DNA of 64,000 nucleotides from Candidatus Pacearchaeota archaeon (lineage in GTDB: Archaea > Nanobdellota > Nanobdellia > Pacearchaeales > GW2011-AR1): assembly GCA_018304985.1 (NCBI GenBank), contig JAGVWP010000001.1, forward strand, positions 3,913-67,912, in the 5' to 3' direction. A model generated the notes under the pieces. The model was not told the origin of the DNA. It saw nothing but the letters and a program-made list of their open reading frames with translations, and did no database searches. The position numbers and the translations under genes were made by a program. Of this stretch, positions 1-9,249 are shown in pieces (position 1 is the stretch's first letter; the number at the start of each line of letters is the position of its first letter).

Positions 1-932
1 TAAAAAGAGCTAAAAAAGCAGAGTTAACAGGCAGGGATATAAACAAAATCTCAAAAGAAATAGTTGCAGAAGCTGGAGGCATTACAGTTATTCTTGGATT
101 TGTCCTTGGAGTTTTAATATATGTTGCTATAAAAACGTTTTATTTTAAATCTACAGATAATTTAATTGAGATATTTGCCTTAATCTGCACAATAATCCTG
201 GTTTCATTTATAGGAATGATTGATGATATATTAGGTTGGAAAATTGGGCTTGGCAAAAAAACAAGAATTTTTTTAGTTTTATTTGCATCAATTCCATTGA
301 TAGTTATTAATGCAGGAAATCCTGGAATTTCTATTCCTATTCTTGGAAAGATTAATATTGGGATAATTTACCCTCTAATATTAATTCCACTTGGCATTAT
401 AGGCGCTTCAACAACATTTAATTTCTTAGCAGGATATAATGGTCTTGAAGCAGGACAGGGCATAATTCTCTTGTCAACACTTGCAATTTTTTCTGCAGTA
501 ACTGGAACAACATGGCTTAGCTTAATTGCATTATGCATGATTGCTTCATTAGTTGCATTTTTGCATTATAATAAATATCCTGCAAAAATTTTTCCTGGAG
601 ATGTTCTGACTTATTCAGTTGGAGCGCTGATTGCAATAATGGCTATACTTGGAAATTATGAGCTTTTTGTATTATTTATTTTTCTACCTTATATTTTAGA
701 GGTTGGATTAAAGTTAAGAGGAAAGTTAAAAAAGGAATCATTTGCAATGCCTCAAAAAGACGGTTCAATAAAAAATAAATATAATAAATTTTACAGCCTT
801 GTTCATGTTGCAATAAAACTTCTGGAAAAAATCAAAAAAAGCAGAAAGGCTTACGAATGGGAAGTTGTTCTTCTTATCTATCTTTTCCAAATCATTATGG
901 TATTACTGGGTTTTTTTATATTTTTATACTAA
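1..932 (+). CDS. UDP-GlcNAc:dolichyl-phosphate GlcNAc-1-phosphate transferase family (MraY/WecA/AglH-like GT4), 5' partial
   Basis: The reading frame is open from the window start (frame 3) and stops at 932. It is polytopic, and carries the DDxxG and NxxAGxNGLEAGxG motifs typical of polyprenyl-phosphate hexose-1-P transferases. Confidence 0.7.
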   Translation, partial: KRAKKAELTGRDINKISKEIVAEAGGITVILGFVLGVLIYVAIKTFYFKSTDNLIEIFALICTIILVSFIGMIDDILGWKIGLGKKTRIFLVLFASIPLIVINAGNPGISIPILGKINIGIIYPLILIPLGIIGASTTFNFLAGYNGLEAGQGIILLSTLAIFSAVTGTTWLSLIALCMIASLVAFLHYNKYPAKIFPGDVLTYSVGALIAIMAILGNYELFVLFIFLPYILEVGLKLRGKLKKESFAMPQKDGSIKNKYNKFYSLVHVAIKLLEKIKKSRKAYEWEVVLLIYLFQIIMVLLGFFIFLY

Positions 933-980
933 TATGCTAAAAATAAACCTTTTAGAAAGGTTTCCAAACCTTAAAGAAAA

Positions 981-2243
981 ATGACAATAAAACGAATATT
1001 ATCCAATGAGTTGATTAAGGGAAGCATAATTCTTTCTATAATGTTTAATATTTTTAATTTTTTAAACTTCCTTTTTCAGTTTTTTATGGCAAGGCTTTTG
1101 GGTCCTGCAGATTATAGTGTACTTGCCGTTTTGATGGCTTTTCTTTATTTTGTGGCAATTCCTTCTGAAAGCATTCAAACGCTTATGACTAAATATTCAG
1201 CGAAATTTAACTCTCAAAGAAAAATTGGAGAGATAAATTACTTATTAAAAAGGGTTTTTTCAAAGGGATTATTAATTGCACTGGGAGTTTTTATAATTTC
1301 AATACCATTTACATATGCTTTTTCATATTTTCTTGGAATTAATTTTCTTGTTTTTTTACTAACCTCTTTAATGATTTTTTCAATACCTCTTCTTCCAGCT
1401 TCAAGGGGAGTTATGCAAGGAATAAAGAAATTTAATACTCTTGGATTCAATATGGTATCTGAAGCAACAATAAAATTAGCCATATCAATCGGCTTGGTAT
1501 TTATCGGATTTGGGGTGTATGGAGCAATGATAGGAGTAATTCTAGGAACAATTAGCGCTTTTGCCTTATCTTTAATACCATTGAAAAGAATTATCAATTC
1601 AAAAAAAGAGGCTGTTAACACTTCAAAAATATATTCCTACAGCATGCCCATATTATTTTCTCTTTTAGCTGTTTTTCTTGTTCAAAGCATTGACGTAATT
1701 CTTGCAAAAAGATTTTTTGATCCAGTTATAGCAGGGCAATACGCGGTTGTCAATCTTGCTGGAAAAATAATATTTTTTGCAACAGTTGCTATAAGCAAAA
1801 CAATGCTTCCGCTTTCATCTGAGAATTTTGAAAATAATAATGAATATAATACAAAAAAAATATTTTACAGGGCTTTAATAATGGTTGTTGGAATATGCCT
1901 TATTATCTCAGCGATTTATGCTCTTTTTCCTTCAAAAATAATCCAGTTATTATTTGGAAGCCAGTATATTGATGCTTCGCATATTCTTTTAAATATGAGT
2001 CTTGCATTTACCTTTATTTCCTTAGCCAATATTATATTAATTTACGGAATATCCATCAATAAATCAGTCAAGCTTAGCTTTCTTATTATATTTGTAGTTA
2101 TAGAAATAGGCCTATTATGGGGATTTCATCAAAATATTTATATGTATTCTCTTGCAATGATTGCTTCAAGCCTTTTGCTTTTGATTGGAAGTTTATTTGT
2201 TTTACTAAGAAAAAATAGTAATTTTACTATATCTCAGTATTAA
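981..2243 (+). CDS. Wzx-like polysaccharide biosynthesis protein / oligosaccharide flippase (MOP superfamily)
   Basis: 420 aa with about 12-14 predicted TM helices, located inside the glycosyltransferase cluster. Confidence 0.6.
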   Translation: MTIKRILSNELIKGSIILSIMFNIFNFLNFLFQFFMARLLGPADYSVLAVLMAFLYFVAIPSESIQTLMTKYSAKFNSQRKIGEINYLLKRVFSKGLLIALGVFIISIPFTYAFSYFLGINFLVFLLTSLMIFSIPLLPASRGVMQGIKKFNTLGFNMVSEATIKLAISIGLVFIGFGVYGAMIGVILGTISAFALSLIPLKRIINSKKEAVNTSKIYSYSMPILFSLLAVFLVQSIDVILAKRFFDPVIAGQYAVVNLAGKIIFFATVAISKTMLPLSSENFENNNEYNTKKIFYRALIMVVGICLIISAIYALFPSKIIQLLFGSQYIDASHILLNMSLAFTFISLANIILIYGISINKSVKLSFLIIFVVIEIGLLWGFHQNIYMYSLAMIASSLLLLIGSLFVLLRKNSNFTISQY

Positions 2244-2291
2244 CATTTTGAGTATAAAAATGTTTAAATGCCTTTTATACTGCGATAATTC

Positions 2292-3089
2292 ATGCTAAGC
2301 ATAATAATTCCTGCGCATAATGAAGAAAAAAGGATAGGACCAACACTTGAAGTGTATGGAAAATTCTTTTCTGATATAGAAAAAAAACAAGGATTAAGGC
2401 ATGAGATAATTATTGTGTTAAATGCCTGTAAAGACAATACTATTGATATTGTTAAAGAATATTCCAGGAAATACAAGAAAATAAGCTATATTGAGTTTGT
2501 TCAGGGCGGGAAAGGATTTGCGGTAACAGAGGGTTTTAAGCATTCTCTTAGAATAAATAATGAAGCTAGCAATTTAATAGGCTTTGTTGATGCAGATATG
2601 GCAACATCTCCAAGTGATTTTTATCAGCTTGCAGGCAATATTGGCAATTATGATGGAATTATAGCAAGCAGGTGGATGAAAAAATCAGTAATAGACACTC
2701 CGCAAACTTTTTTAAGAAAACTGACAAGCAGAGGATTTAATTTTATTACAAGAGTTTTATTTTTTATGCCATATAAAGACACTCAATGCGGGGCCAAGAT
2801 ATTTAAAAGAAATGTAATAGAAATTATAACTCCAAAAATAAATATAACTCAATGGGCATTTGATATAAATCTTCTCTATTTATGCAAAAGAAATAATTTC
2901 AGAATAAAAGAGCATCCAACAGTATGGAATGACAAATCTGGATCAAAAATAAATCTTGTTCAGACACCTATGAAAATGTTTCTTGGAGTTTTAAGACTAA
3001 GGATTTTATACTCTCCATTAAATTTTATAGTCAGGTTTTATAATAAAATACCTGAAGTGGCTAAGATACATCATAAATTAACTGGATGA
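2292..3089 (+). CDS. family 2 glycosyltransferase (dolichol-phosphate sugar synthase-like)
   Basis: N-terminal IIIPAHNEE motif and a DAD motif, typical GT-A/GT2. Confidence 0.75.
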   Translation: MLSIIIPAHNEEKRIGPTLEVYGKFFSDIEKKQGLRHEIIIVLNACKDNTIDIVKEYSRKYKKISYIEFVQGGKGFAVTEGFKHSLRINNEASNLIGFVDADMATSPSDFYQLAGNIGNYDGIIASRWMKKSVIDTPQTFLRKLTSRGFNFITRVLFFMPYKDTQCGAKIFKRNVIEIITPKINITQWAFDINLLYLCKRNNFRIKEHPTVWNDKSGSKINLVQTPMKMFLGVLRLRILYSPLNFIVRFYNKIPEVAKIHHKLTG

Positions 3090-3101
3090 AGAAAAATAAA
3101 A

Positions 3102-4133
3102 ATGGCAAAAGCAGATATTCTTATAGTGCATTTAAATGGGGAAGATATAATAAAACAGTGTTTAGGCTCTATTAAGAAAAATACAAAGGATGCAGATATT
3201 TATCTTCTTCTTAATAATAGCCAGGACAAGAGTGAAAATATTGTCAGAAAAAAATTTCCAAAAGTAAAAATATACAAAACAGATAAAACAATAGGATTTG
3301 CAGAATCATGCAATATTCTTGCAAAAGAAGCAAAATCCAGATATCTTATTTTTCTTAATAATGATACTATTGTTGGAAAAAACTGGCTTGATGAAATGAT
3401 CAAAACAGTGGAAAAGCATAAGAATTGTGTTGCATGCCAGCCAAAAATAAAATCTTTTTTTCATAAAGAGGATTTTGAATATGCGGGAGCTGCAGGAGGT
3501 TTTATTGATAGATATGGGTATCCATTTTGCAGGGGGAGAATCTTTAATATTATTGAAAAAGATAAAGGACAGTATAATGATGAAATGAGAATATTTTGGG
3601 GTTGTGGGGTTTGTTTACTGGTAAATAGAAATTTTTTTCTAAAATCCGGCGGATTTGATGAAGATTTTTTTATGTATGCTGAAGAACTTGATTTCTGCTG
3701 GAGAACAAATCTTTATAGTAAGGAAATATGGTTTGCTCCAAAATCAGAAATTTATCACATTGGAAGCTATACAACCAAACAATCTAATTTAAGTATTAAA
3801 AATGCAAAAAAAGACTATTTTATAACAAGAAATCATCTGCTTGCACTAATAAAAAATTATTCATTCATAGAATTAACAAAAATATTGCCTTTGAGAATAT
3901 TTTTTGAAATAGTTGCAGCAATAAGATTTGCGCCTATTAGGACGCTTTCATTTGCTAAAATATTTATTTCTATGCCTTGGATTTATATTTCTAAATTCCA
4001 TAAAAAAAGGTCTTTTATTCAGAAAAACAGAAAAGCAAGCGATAATAAATTAAAATCATTAATAAGCAAAAAAAGCATTGTTGTAGAGCATTTTTTAAAA
4101 GGAAAAGATAAATTTAACGAGATTTTCAATTAA
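3102..4133 (+). CDS. family 2 glycosyltransferase
   Basis: GT2-like N-terminal Rossmann region (LNNDTIV, DxD-like); 13 nt from the preceding gene. Confidence 0.7.
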   Translation: MAKADILIVHLNGEDIIKQCLGSIKKNTKDADIYLLLNNSQDKSENIVRKKFPKVKIYKTDKTIGFAESCNILAKEAKSRYLIFLNNDTIVGKNWLDEMIKTVEKHKNCVACQPKIKSFFHKEDFEYAGAAGGFIDRYGYPFCRGRIFNIIEKDKGQYNDEMRIFWGCGVCLLVNRNFFLKSGGFDEDFFMYAEELDFCWRTNLYSKEIWFAPKSEIYHIGSYTTKQSNLSIKNAKKDYFITRNHLLALIKNYSFIELTKILPLRIFFEIVAAIRFAPIRTLSFAKIFISMPWIYISKFHKKRSFIQKNRKASDNKLKSLISKKSIVVEHFLKGKDKFNEIFN

Positions 4134-4134
4134 T

Positions 4135-5145
4135 ATGATAAAAAATAAAATAAGCATTGCAATACCTGTATTAAATGAGGGAAGAAATATTGGAAAATGC
4201 TTAAGCATAATTTATAATCAGAATTATAATAAAAAACTTATAGAAGTAATTATTGTTGATGCGGGTTCAACTGACAGAACCATGGAAATTGTAAAGAAAT
4301 TCAGTAAATATGGAGTTAAAATATTAGATAATAGCCTAAAAAAAGATTATGATACCGGAAAAATGATTGCTTTAAAGAAAGCTGCAGGAGAATTTTTCAT
4401 GTATCTTGATGCAGATATGTTTCTTGATTCAAATAACTGGATTAAAAAAATGATTGTTCCATTTTCCAATAAAAATATAAGTGCCACATTCACGAAATTC
4501 GTAGTTAAGATTAATGATAATGCATTAAACAGGTATTTATCATATGACTCGCTTCAGAGAGATCCGCTTTACAAATTCCTCACTCCTGGAATAGAATCTG
4601 TAATTGTTAAAAAAGAAGATAGTTTTTATTTATGCAAGCTTAGACTTAATAATCCCCCTCCAATAGGGCTTTGTCTTTATAGAACTGAATTATTAAAGAG
4701 ATTTTTTAAGGGGGATAGATTCCAGGATCTTGAGGTTCCCCTTAAATTACTTATTGAGGGTTATGGGTATTTTGCTTACATTCCCAATACTGGAGTGCAT
4801 CACGCTCATGTAAATAATATTAAACACTTGATTAAGAAAAGAATGAGAAATATTAATATTATGAATGATAATACAAGAGGGTATATACCTGATTATGAAA
4901 AAAGGCTTTTCAAATGGGTGGATTTTACAAAGAAATCTAGCATATTAAAGATTGGTTTATGGGTTATTTATGCAAATTTACTTATTCCCCTATTTATTTC
5001 AGGCATTTACAAAATGCTTAAATATAAGGATGGTTGTTTTATGCTTGAACCAGTAGTTGGACTGGCAGTTACTGATTCTGTGCTATGGAGTTTTATTAAA
5101 AACAGGCAAGGGTTAAAGATAATATCTGGGACAAAAAATAAATAG
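4135..5145 (+). CDS. family 2 glycosyltransferase
   Basis: ISIAIPVLNEG...VIIVDAGSTDRT motif; 1-nt spacing from the previous gene. Confidence 0.7.
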   Translation: MIKNKISIAIPVLNEGRNIGKCLSIIYNQNYNKKLIEVIIVDAGSTDRTMEIVKKFSKYGVKILDNSLKKDYDTGKMIALKKAAGEFFMYLDADMFLDSNNWIKKMIVPFSNKNISATFTKFVVKINDNALNRYLSYDSLQRDPLYKFLTPGIESVIVKKEDSFYLCKLRLNNPPPIGLCLYRTELLKRFFKGDRFQDLEVPLKLLIEGYGYFAYIPNTGVHHAHVNNIKHLIKKRMRNINIMNDNTRGYIPDYEKRLFKWVDFTKKSSILKIGLWVIYANLLIPLFISGIYKMLKYKDGCFMLEPVVGLAVTDSVLWSFIKNRQGLKIISGTKNK

Positions 5146-5157
5146 ATATAAAGAAAA

Positions 5158-5796
5158 ATGAAATACGAATATTATGGCAGGGAGAGAATATGCAGGTCTT
5201 TTATAGACACAAAGATAAATGGAAAAACACTTAATATAGGAGCTGGAGAAATGCTTTGGATAGAAAATGATTTGTTTCCAGGAAACCCAAATTTTATCTC
5301 TTCAGATATAAATAAAAGAAACCTTGGCAAACATAATCTTGCTATAAATAAAATAGTGGCAAACGCTGAGAACCTTCCATTAAAAAACAATGAACTTTCT
5401 CAGCTGATAATTTTAGATGTTTTAGAACATATAAAAAATGATGAAAAGGTTATAAGAGAAATTCATAGAGTATTGAATAGTAATGGGAAACTTGTTATTT
5501 GCGTTCCTAATGATACTTTGCTTAGCTTCATAAATCCGATAAGATATGCTCAGCATGAAAGGCATTATACAATCAAACAAATAACCTCGTTGCTTAAGAA
5601 AAACGGTTTTGCAATTGAAAAAGTGCATGCTGGCGGAAGAATCTTGGATTTAGTGGATTTATACTCTCATTTAATCATTAAATACACAACTGGAAAAAAG
5701 ATTAAATTAAGTTTTCTTAATGGTTTGAGAGATAAAGAATATTCAAATCATATAAACAACGGCAATGAAATTACAGTTCTTGCTAGAAAAATATAA
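5158..5796 (+). CDS. class I SAM-dependent methyltransferase
   Basis: GxGxG-like motif I and the LDVLEHI motif (Methyltransf_11-like). Confidence 0.65.
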   Translation: MKYEYYGRERICRSFIDTKINGKTLNIGAGEMLWIENDLFPGNPNFISSDINKRNLGKHNLAINKIVANAENLPLKNNELSQLIILDVLEHIKNDEKVIREIHRVLNSNGKLVICVPNDTLLSFINPIRYAQHERHYTIKQITSLLKKNGFAIEKVHAGGRILDLVDLYSHLIIKYTTGKKIKLSFLNGLRDKEYSNHINNGNEITVLARKI

Positions 5797-5911
5797 CTTA
5801 TTATATTTAATAATTTTTTGAAAACTATACAATCCTAAATTTCTCTTTTATAAGAAATTTAACATTATTTATAATTGATTAAATTAATTAGTTTATTATA
5901 ATTAAGCATCT

Positions 5912-5986
5912 AAAAGGATATGTCATAAAAAGAACCTTAGTATTTTAAGAGGAAGTTATTATAGAAGAAACCTTGGTGTCTTCTAT
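5912..5986 (+). repeat. intergenic bipartite palindromic repeat element (aaaagg..cataaaaagaaccttag + ggaagttattatagaagaaaccttggtgtcttctat), copy A
   Basis: Near-identical copy, inverted, at 12571-12648. Related copies occur at 28996-29035, 47546-47626 and 50473-50520. Confidence 0.8.
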
Positions 5987-7602
5987 TACTTATTAACTTT
6001 ATATATCACCACAGCAGGCTGCTGCTGAATTTGGTCGAAGAAAACTATTTTCTGGGGTGTGAGCATAGAACTTAAATTATTATTTGCATAATTTGCGGAT
6101 TCCTGAGTCTGATGCTCGAATGCATGAATTACAATATAATCTGCTTTTTGTACAGATCCTTGAAGATCAGTTATATTCCATACTTCGTATTTCCTTTCTG
6201 AATAATATATTACATAGGGATCAATTCCATCCCCTAAAATAACTGCATCTTTAGGTGTGTTGTCTTTAATCCATAAAAATGCTTCTTTCATCTGAGAGTA
6301 ACTCTGAGCTTTGTTTTTTATCAAATTATTTCCAAAGCTTACATTTGAATAAAGAGCTGTTAAAATAACTAAAATTAAAAATATAATTGCAATATTCTTT
6401 GAATATTTTTTTATTTTATCATAAGCAAAGAAAATACCTGAAGAAGTCATAACTAATATTGATATAAGCGGAAGAATAACATAACGATCTTCAGCAGCCC
6501 GCAACACAAAAATAAAGAATATGAAAGAGAAAATAAAGATTAGAAGAAAGAATAGATTTGATTCCAGTTTCTTTACTTTTAATATAGAATCAAATCCAAG
6601 TACTGTTTCTATAAATATAATGATAAATCCAATTATGAAAAATATCATTAAATTACTTGATAAAATGTTTGAACTAAATGGGTTTATAAAAAATGGACTA
6701 AATCCGAGATAGGGTTTAGGGCTTCCAAAGGTTGAAGCCTGTGGGCTTATATCGTAGGTTATAAAATCCAGTACATAAATAGCTATAGGCTTTCCTTCTG
6801 TACTTTGGGCATAAAGAGATGATGCTGGCAGCAGGCTTCCATAGTTCATTAAGTTAAATATTAAAAATATAATAATTGGCAATACTCCGATAATTCCCCC
6901 TATCCAAAATTGTTTATTTGCTAAGAATTTATGCTTGTGCTTAAGCAATACAAAAACAAGAAAAACAGCCCCTATAATTCCATAAAAATACCTTGTCATT
7001 ATTGCCAGAGATATAAAAAATATCGCCAAAGCAAATTTTTTGGTATTAAAATTCTCGTATGATTTTATAAAAAAGTAAATTGCTAAAAGAGAGAAAAATA
7101 GAGATGGAATATCTGACATTATTCTCATAGTGTAAAATAAATTAATCCATAAAACTGAAAAGATAAAGGATGATAATAAAGCGGTTCTTTTATCATAAAA
7201 CTCTTTAACTATAAGAAAGACAAGATAAACTGATAATATAGATGGAATTATTTCTAATATTAAAAGTATTCCAATATCTGATATGTTTAATTTAAGTAAA
7301 AAAGCCCACATTAATGAAAATAATGGCGGTCTTAGGGCTAACTCGTGAATTATAAATGGGTCATTAGGCCATAAGCCCATGGTTATCTGCTTGGCAATGC
7401 TTCCAAATGCCAAAGAATCCCACCAGTGTGCCTGATCTTTGACAATTGAGAATAAGTAAATTCTTATAATAACTGCCAGAGTTATAATTCCAAACAAAGC
7501 CAGATTATATTTGTCCCTAAGCCATGTTTCCAGCTTTGATTTTTCACTTTTTACATTGGTTTCTTTGCTAGATTCTTTATTAAGCTCTTTTTTATCTTCC
7601 AT
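5986..7602 (-). CDS. GT-C fold glycosyltransferase (GT39/ArnT/PMT-like membrane mannosyltransferase family)
   Basis: 538 aa with many TM helices; an acidic motif sits in the first extracytoplasmic loop; located in the glycan cluster. Confidence 0.55.
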   Translation of the reverse strand: MEDKKELNKESSKETNVKSEKSKLETWLRDKYNLALFGIITLAVIIRIYLFSIVKDQAHWWDSLAFGSIAKQITMGLWPNDPFIIHELALRPPLFSLMWAFLLKLNISDIGILLILEIIPSILSVYLVFLIVKEFYDKRTALLSSFIFSVLWINLFYTMRIMSDIPSLFFSLLAIYFFIKSYENFNTKKFALAIFFISLAIMTRYFYGIIGAVFLVFVLLKHKHKFLANKQFWIGGIIGVLPIIIFLIFNLMNYGSLLPASSLYAQSTEGKPIAIYVLDFITYDISPQASTFGSPKPYLGFSPFFINPFSSNILSSNLMIFFIIGFIIIFIETVLGFDSILKVKKLESNLFFLLIFIFSFIFFIFVLRAAEDRYVILPLISILVMTSSGIFFAYDKIKKYSKNIAIIFLILVILTALYSNVSFGNNLIKNKAQSYSQMKEAFLWIKDNTPKDAVILGDGIDPYVIYYSERKYEVWNITDLQGSVQKADYIVIHAFEHQTQESANYANNNLSSMLTPQKIVFFDQIQQQPAVVIYKVNK

Positions 7603-7684
7603 TAAAAATAGAATTAAAAAGGGTTTTTATTGTTTTGCGTTTGAGAACAATAAAGTTTATAAAAGATTTTTTAATGGATATATA

Positions 7685-9238
7685 ATGAAAGTTTTATATG
7701 CTCATAAACATCATCCTATAGAACCTTTAGGAGTAGCTTATATATCAAGTTCTATAGCAAGAAGTGGGCATGAATCTAAATTAATGCTTACTCCAAGAAA
7801 TATAGATAAAGCGGTTGAGGAAGTATCAAGAGTTATCGATCAGGAGCATCCAGATATTTTTGCTCAAAGCATAATATTTGGAAGCCACAAATATGCTATT
7901 GACTTAAGTAGAAAAGTTAAAGAAAGATATCCAAAAATTATTAGTTTTCTTGGAGGGCCTGCTCCAACATTTACGCCTGGATTAATTTCAAGGGGATTTG
8001 ATGCTATATGTCGTTATGAAGGAGAAAATCCATTTCTAACTTTCTGTAATAATGTTGAATCTGGAGCAGATGTTGGAAACATCCCAAATATATGGGTTAT
8101 GGAAAATCCAGATTTATATAATACAGAAGTAAGAAAAGTAAAAAAAGTCTTAGATAAAAATGATCTAAATTACAAAAAAGAAAGTGGATATGATCCTCAA
8201 AGAAAAATGTTTGTAAATGATACTGGAGTACTTCTTGAAGATGAAACCTTAGAAAATATTCCATTTCCAGATAGAGAATTATTATATGAACATGAAATGT
8301 ATAGAGATAGTGATATAAAACATTATATGTCTACACGAGGTTGTGCATTTAAATGCTCTTATTGCCACGTACATGTTCAAAATGCTGATAATAAAGGAAA
8401 GGGCAGTCCTGTAAGAAGGAGACAGAATGAATCTGTTGCAGAAGAAGTATTAGCAATTAAGAAAAAATTTGGATCTAAAAATGATTATTTTCAGGATGAT
8501 ATTCATGGAGCTTCTTATAAATTAGAGTTTGCTAAAGAGTATGCAGAAGTTATGGCAGGAGTTTCTCAAAATGGGCACTGCCATGTTAGATTTGATCTTA
8601 TTGCCAAGCATCCAGATATCGCTAAATATCTTGCAAAAGCAGGAATTACTGGAGTTCATGTTGCAATAGAATCTGGGGACGATTATATTAGGAATCATGT
8701 TCATAGAAGAGGAATGACTATAGAAGAAATTCTTAAAGGAGCAAAATATTTACATGATAATGGAATAAAGATGATGACCCAAAATATTTTAGGAGCTGCC
8801 GGAGAAACAAAAGAACAAATGTTGAAAACTTTAGAATTAAACATTGCAGTTAGACCCACCTTTGCTTCTGCATCAATCTTCCAACCGTATCCTGGAACTA
8901 GTGCTTTAGAATATGCAAGAGATCATGGAGTTTTACCTTCAAATAGTGAGGATGAATTAATAGACCTTTTTGGAATGGAAACATTTTATAATAAAACTAT
9001 ACTAATTCAAGATCCTCAACATAAAAGATGGTTAGAACTTTTTCAGAAGTTTTTTGCAATTGCTGTCGCAAATCCTCAAATCTATCAATCTGGAGTTTTA
9101 GATAAAATAATTGCCACTTATCCTAAAGGAGAAGAAGCAAATAAAGAGTTGGAGCATATGTATAGATTACATAGAGCTGAAGCTGATGAAAAACTTTATG
9201 GTGTAAAACTTAAAGAGATAGTTATGGAAGAGAATTAA
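7685..9238 (+). CDS. B12-binding domain radical SAM protein
   Basis: The N-terminal region resembles a cobalamin-binding Rossmann domain. A CAFKCSYC radical-SAM cysteine motif follows. The start is moved to the ATG at 7685 (MKVLYAHK) to remove the overlap with the convergent gene. Confidence 0.75.
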   Translation: MKVLYAHKHHPIEPLGVAYISSSIARSGHESKLMLTPRNIDKAVEEVSRVIDQEHPDIFAQSIIFGSHKYAIDLSRKVKERYPKIISFLGGPAPTFTPGLISRGFDAICRYEGENPFLTFCNNVESGADVGNIPNIWVMENPDLYNTEVRKVKKVLDKNDLNYKKESGYDPQRKMFVNDTGVLLEDETLENIPFPDRELLYEHEMYRDSDIKHYMSTRGCAFKCSYCHVHVQNADNKGKGSPVRRRQNESVAEEVLAIKKKFGSKNDYFQDDIHGASYKLEFAKEYAEVMAGVSQNGHCHVRFDLIAKHPDIAKYLAKAGITGVHVAIESGDDYIRNHVHRRGMTIEEILKGAKYLHDNGIKMMTQNILGAAGETKEQMLKTLELNIAVRPTFASASIFQPYPGTSALEYARDHGVLPSNSEDELIDLFGMETFYNKTILIQDPQHKRWLELFQKFFAIAVANPQIYQSGVLDKIIATYPKGEEANKELEHMYRLHRAEADEKLYGVKLKEIVMEEN

Positions 9239-9249
9239 ATAAAATAATC

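Noticed and set aside
1238-1621. 127-aa ORF antisense to the flippase gene, and similar antisense ORFs (3200-3403, 5172-5390, 5422-5628, 6521-6712, 8522-8704, 10565-10837, 13175-13387, 15926-16129, 18605-18961, 19210-19416, 20312-20524, 23728-23952, 30056-30457, 31051-31242, 31637-32023, 38911-39135, 39688-40017, 40216-40548, 41011-41223, 41674-42078, 47199-47477, 48017-48268, 48731-48982, 50541-50801, 51348-51584, 52394-52738, 54197-54460, 54488-54685, 57010-57192, 58936-59142, 59173-59424, 60965-61204, 61216-61401, 62268-62537)
   Set aside because: Each lies entirely inside, or mostly overlaps, a longer ORF with clear homology-type motifs on the other strand or frame. Their compositions are low-complexity, as expected by chance in AT-rich DNA.
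7511-7684. 5' extension of the radical SAM ORF overlapping the convergent GT-C gene by ~90 nt
   Set aside because: The extension is serine/leucine-rich low-complexity sequence. An ATG at 7685 begins the conserved B12-binding domain and removes the overlap.
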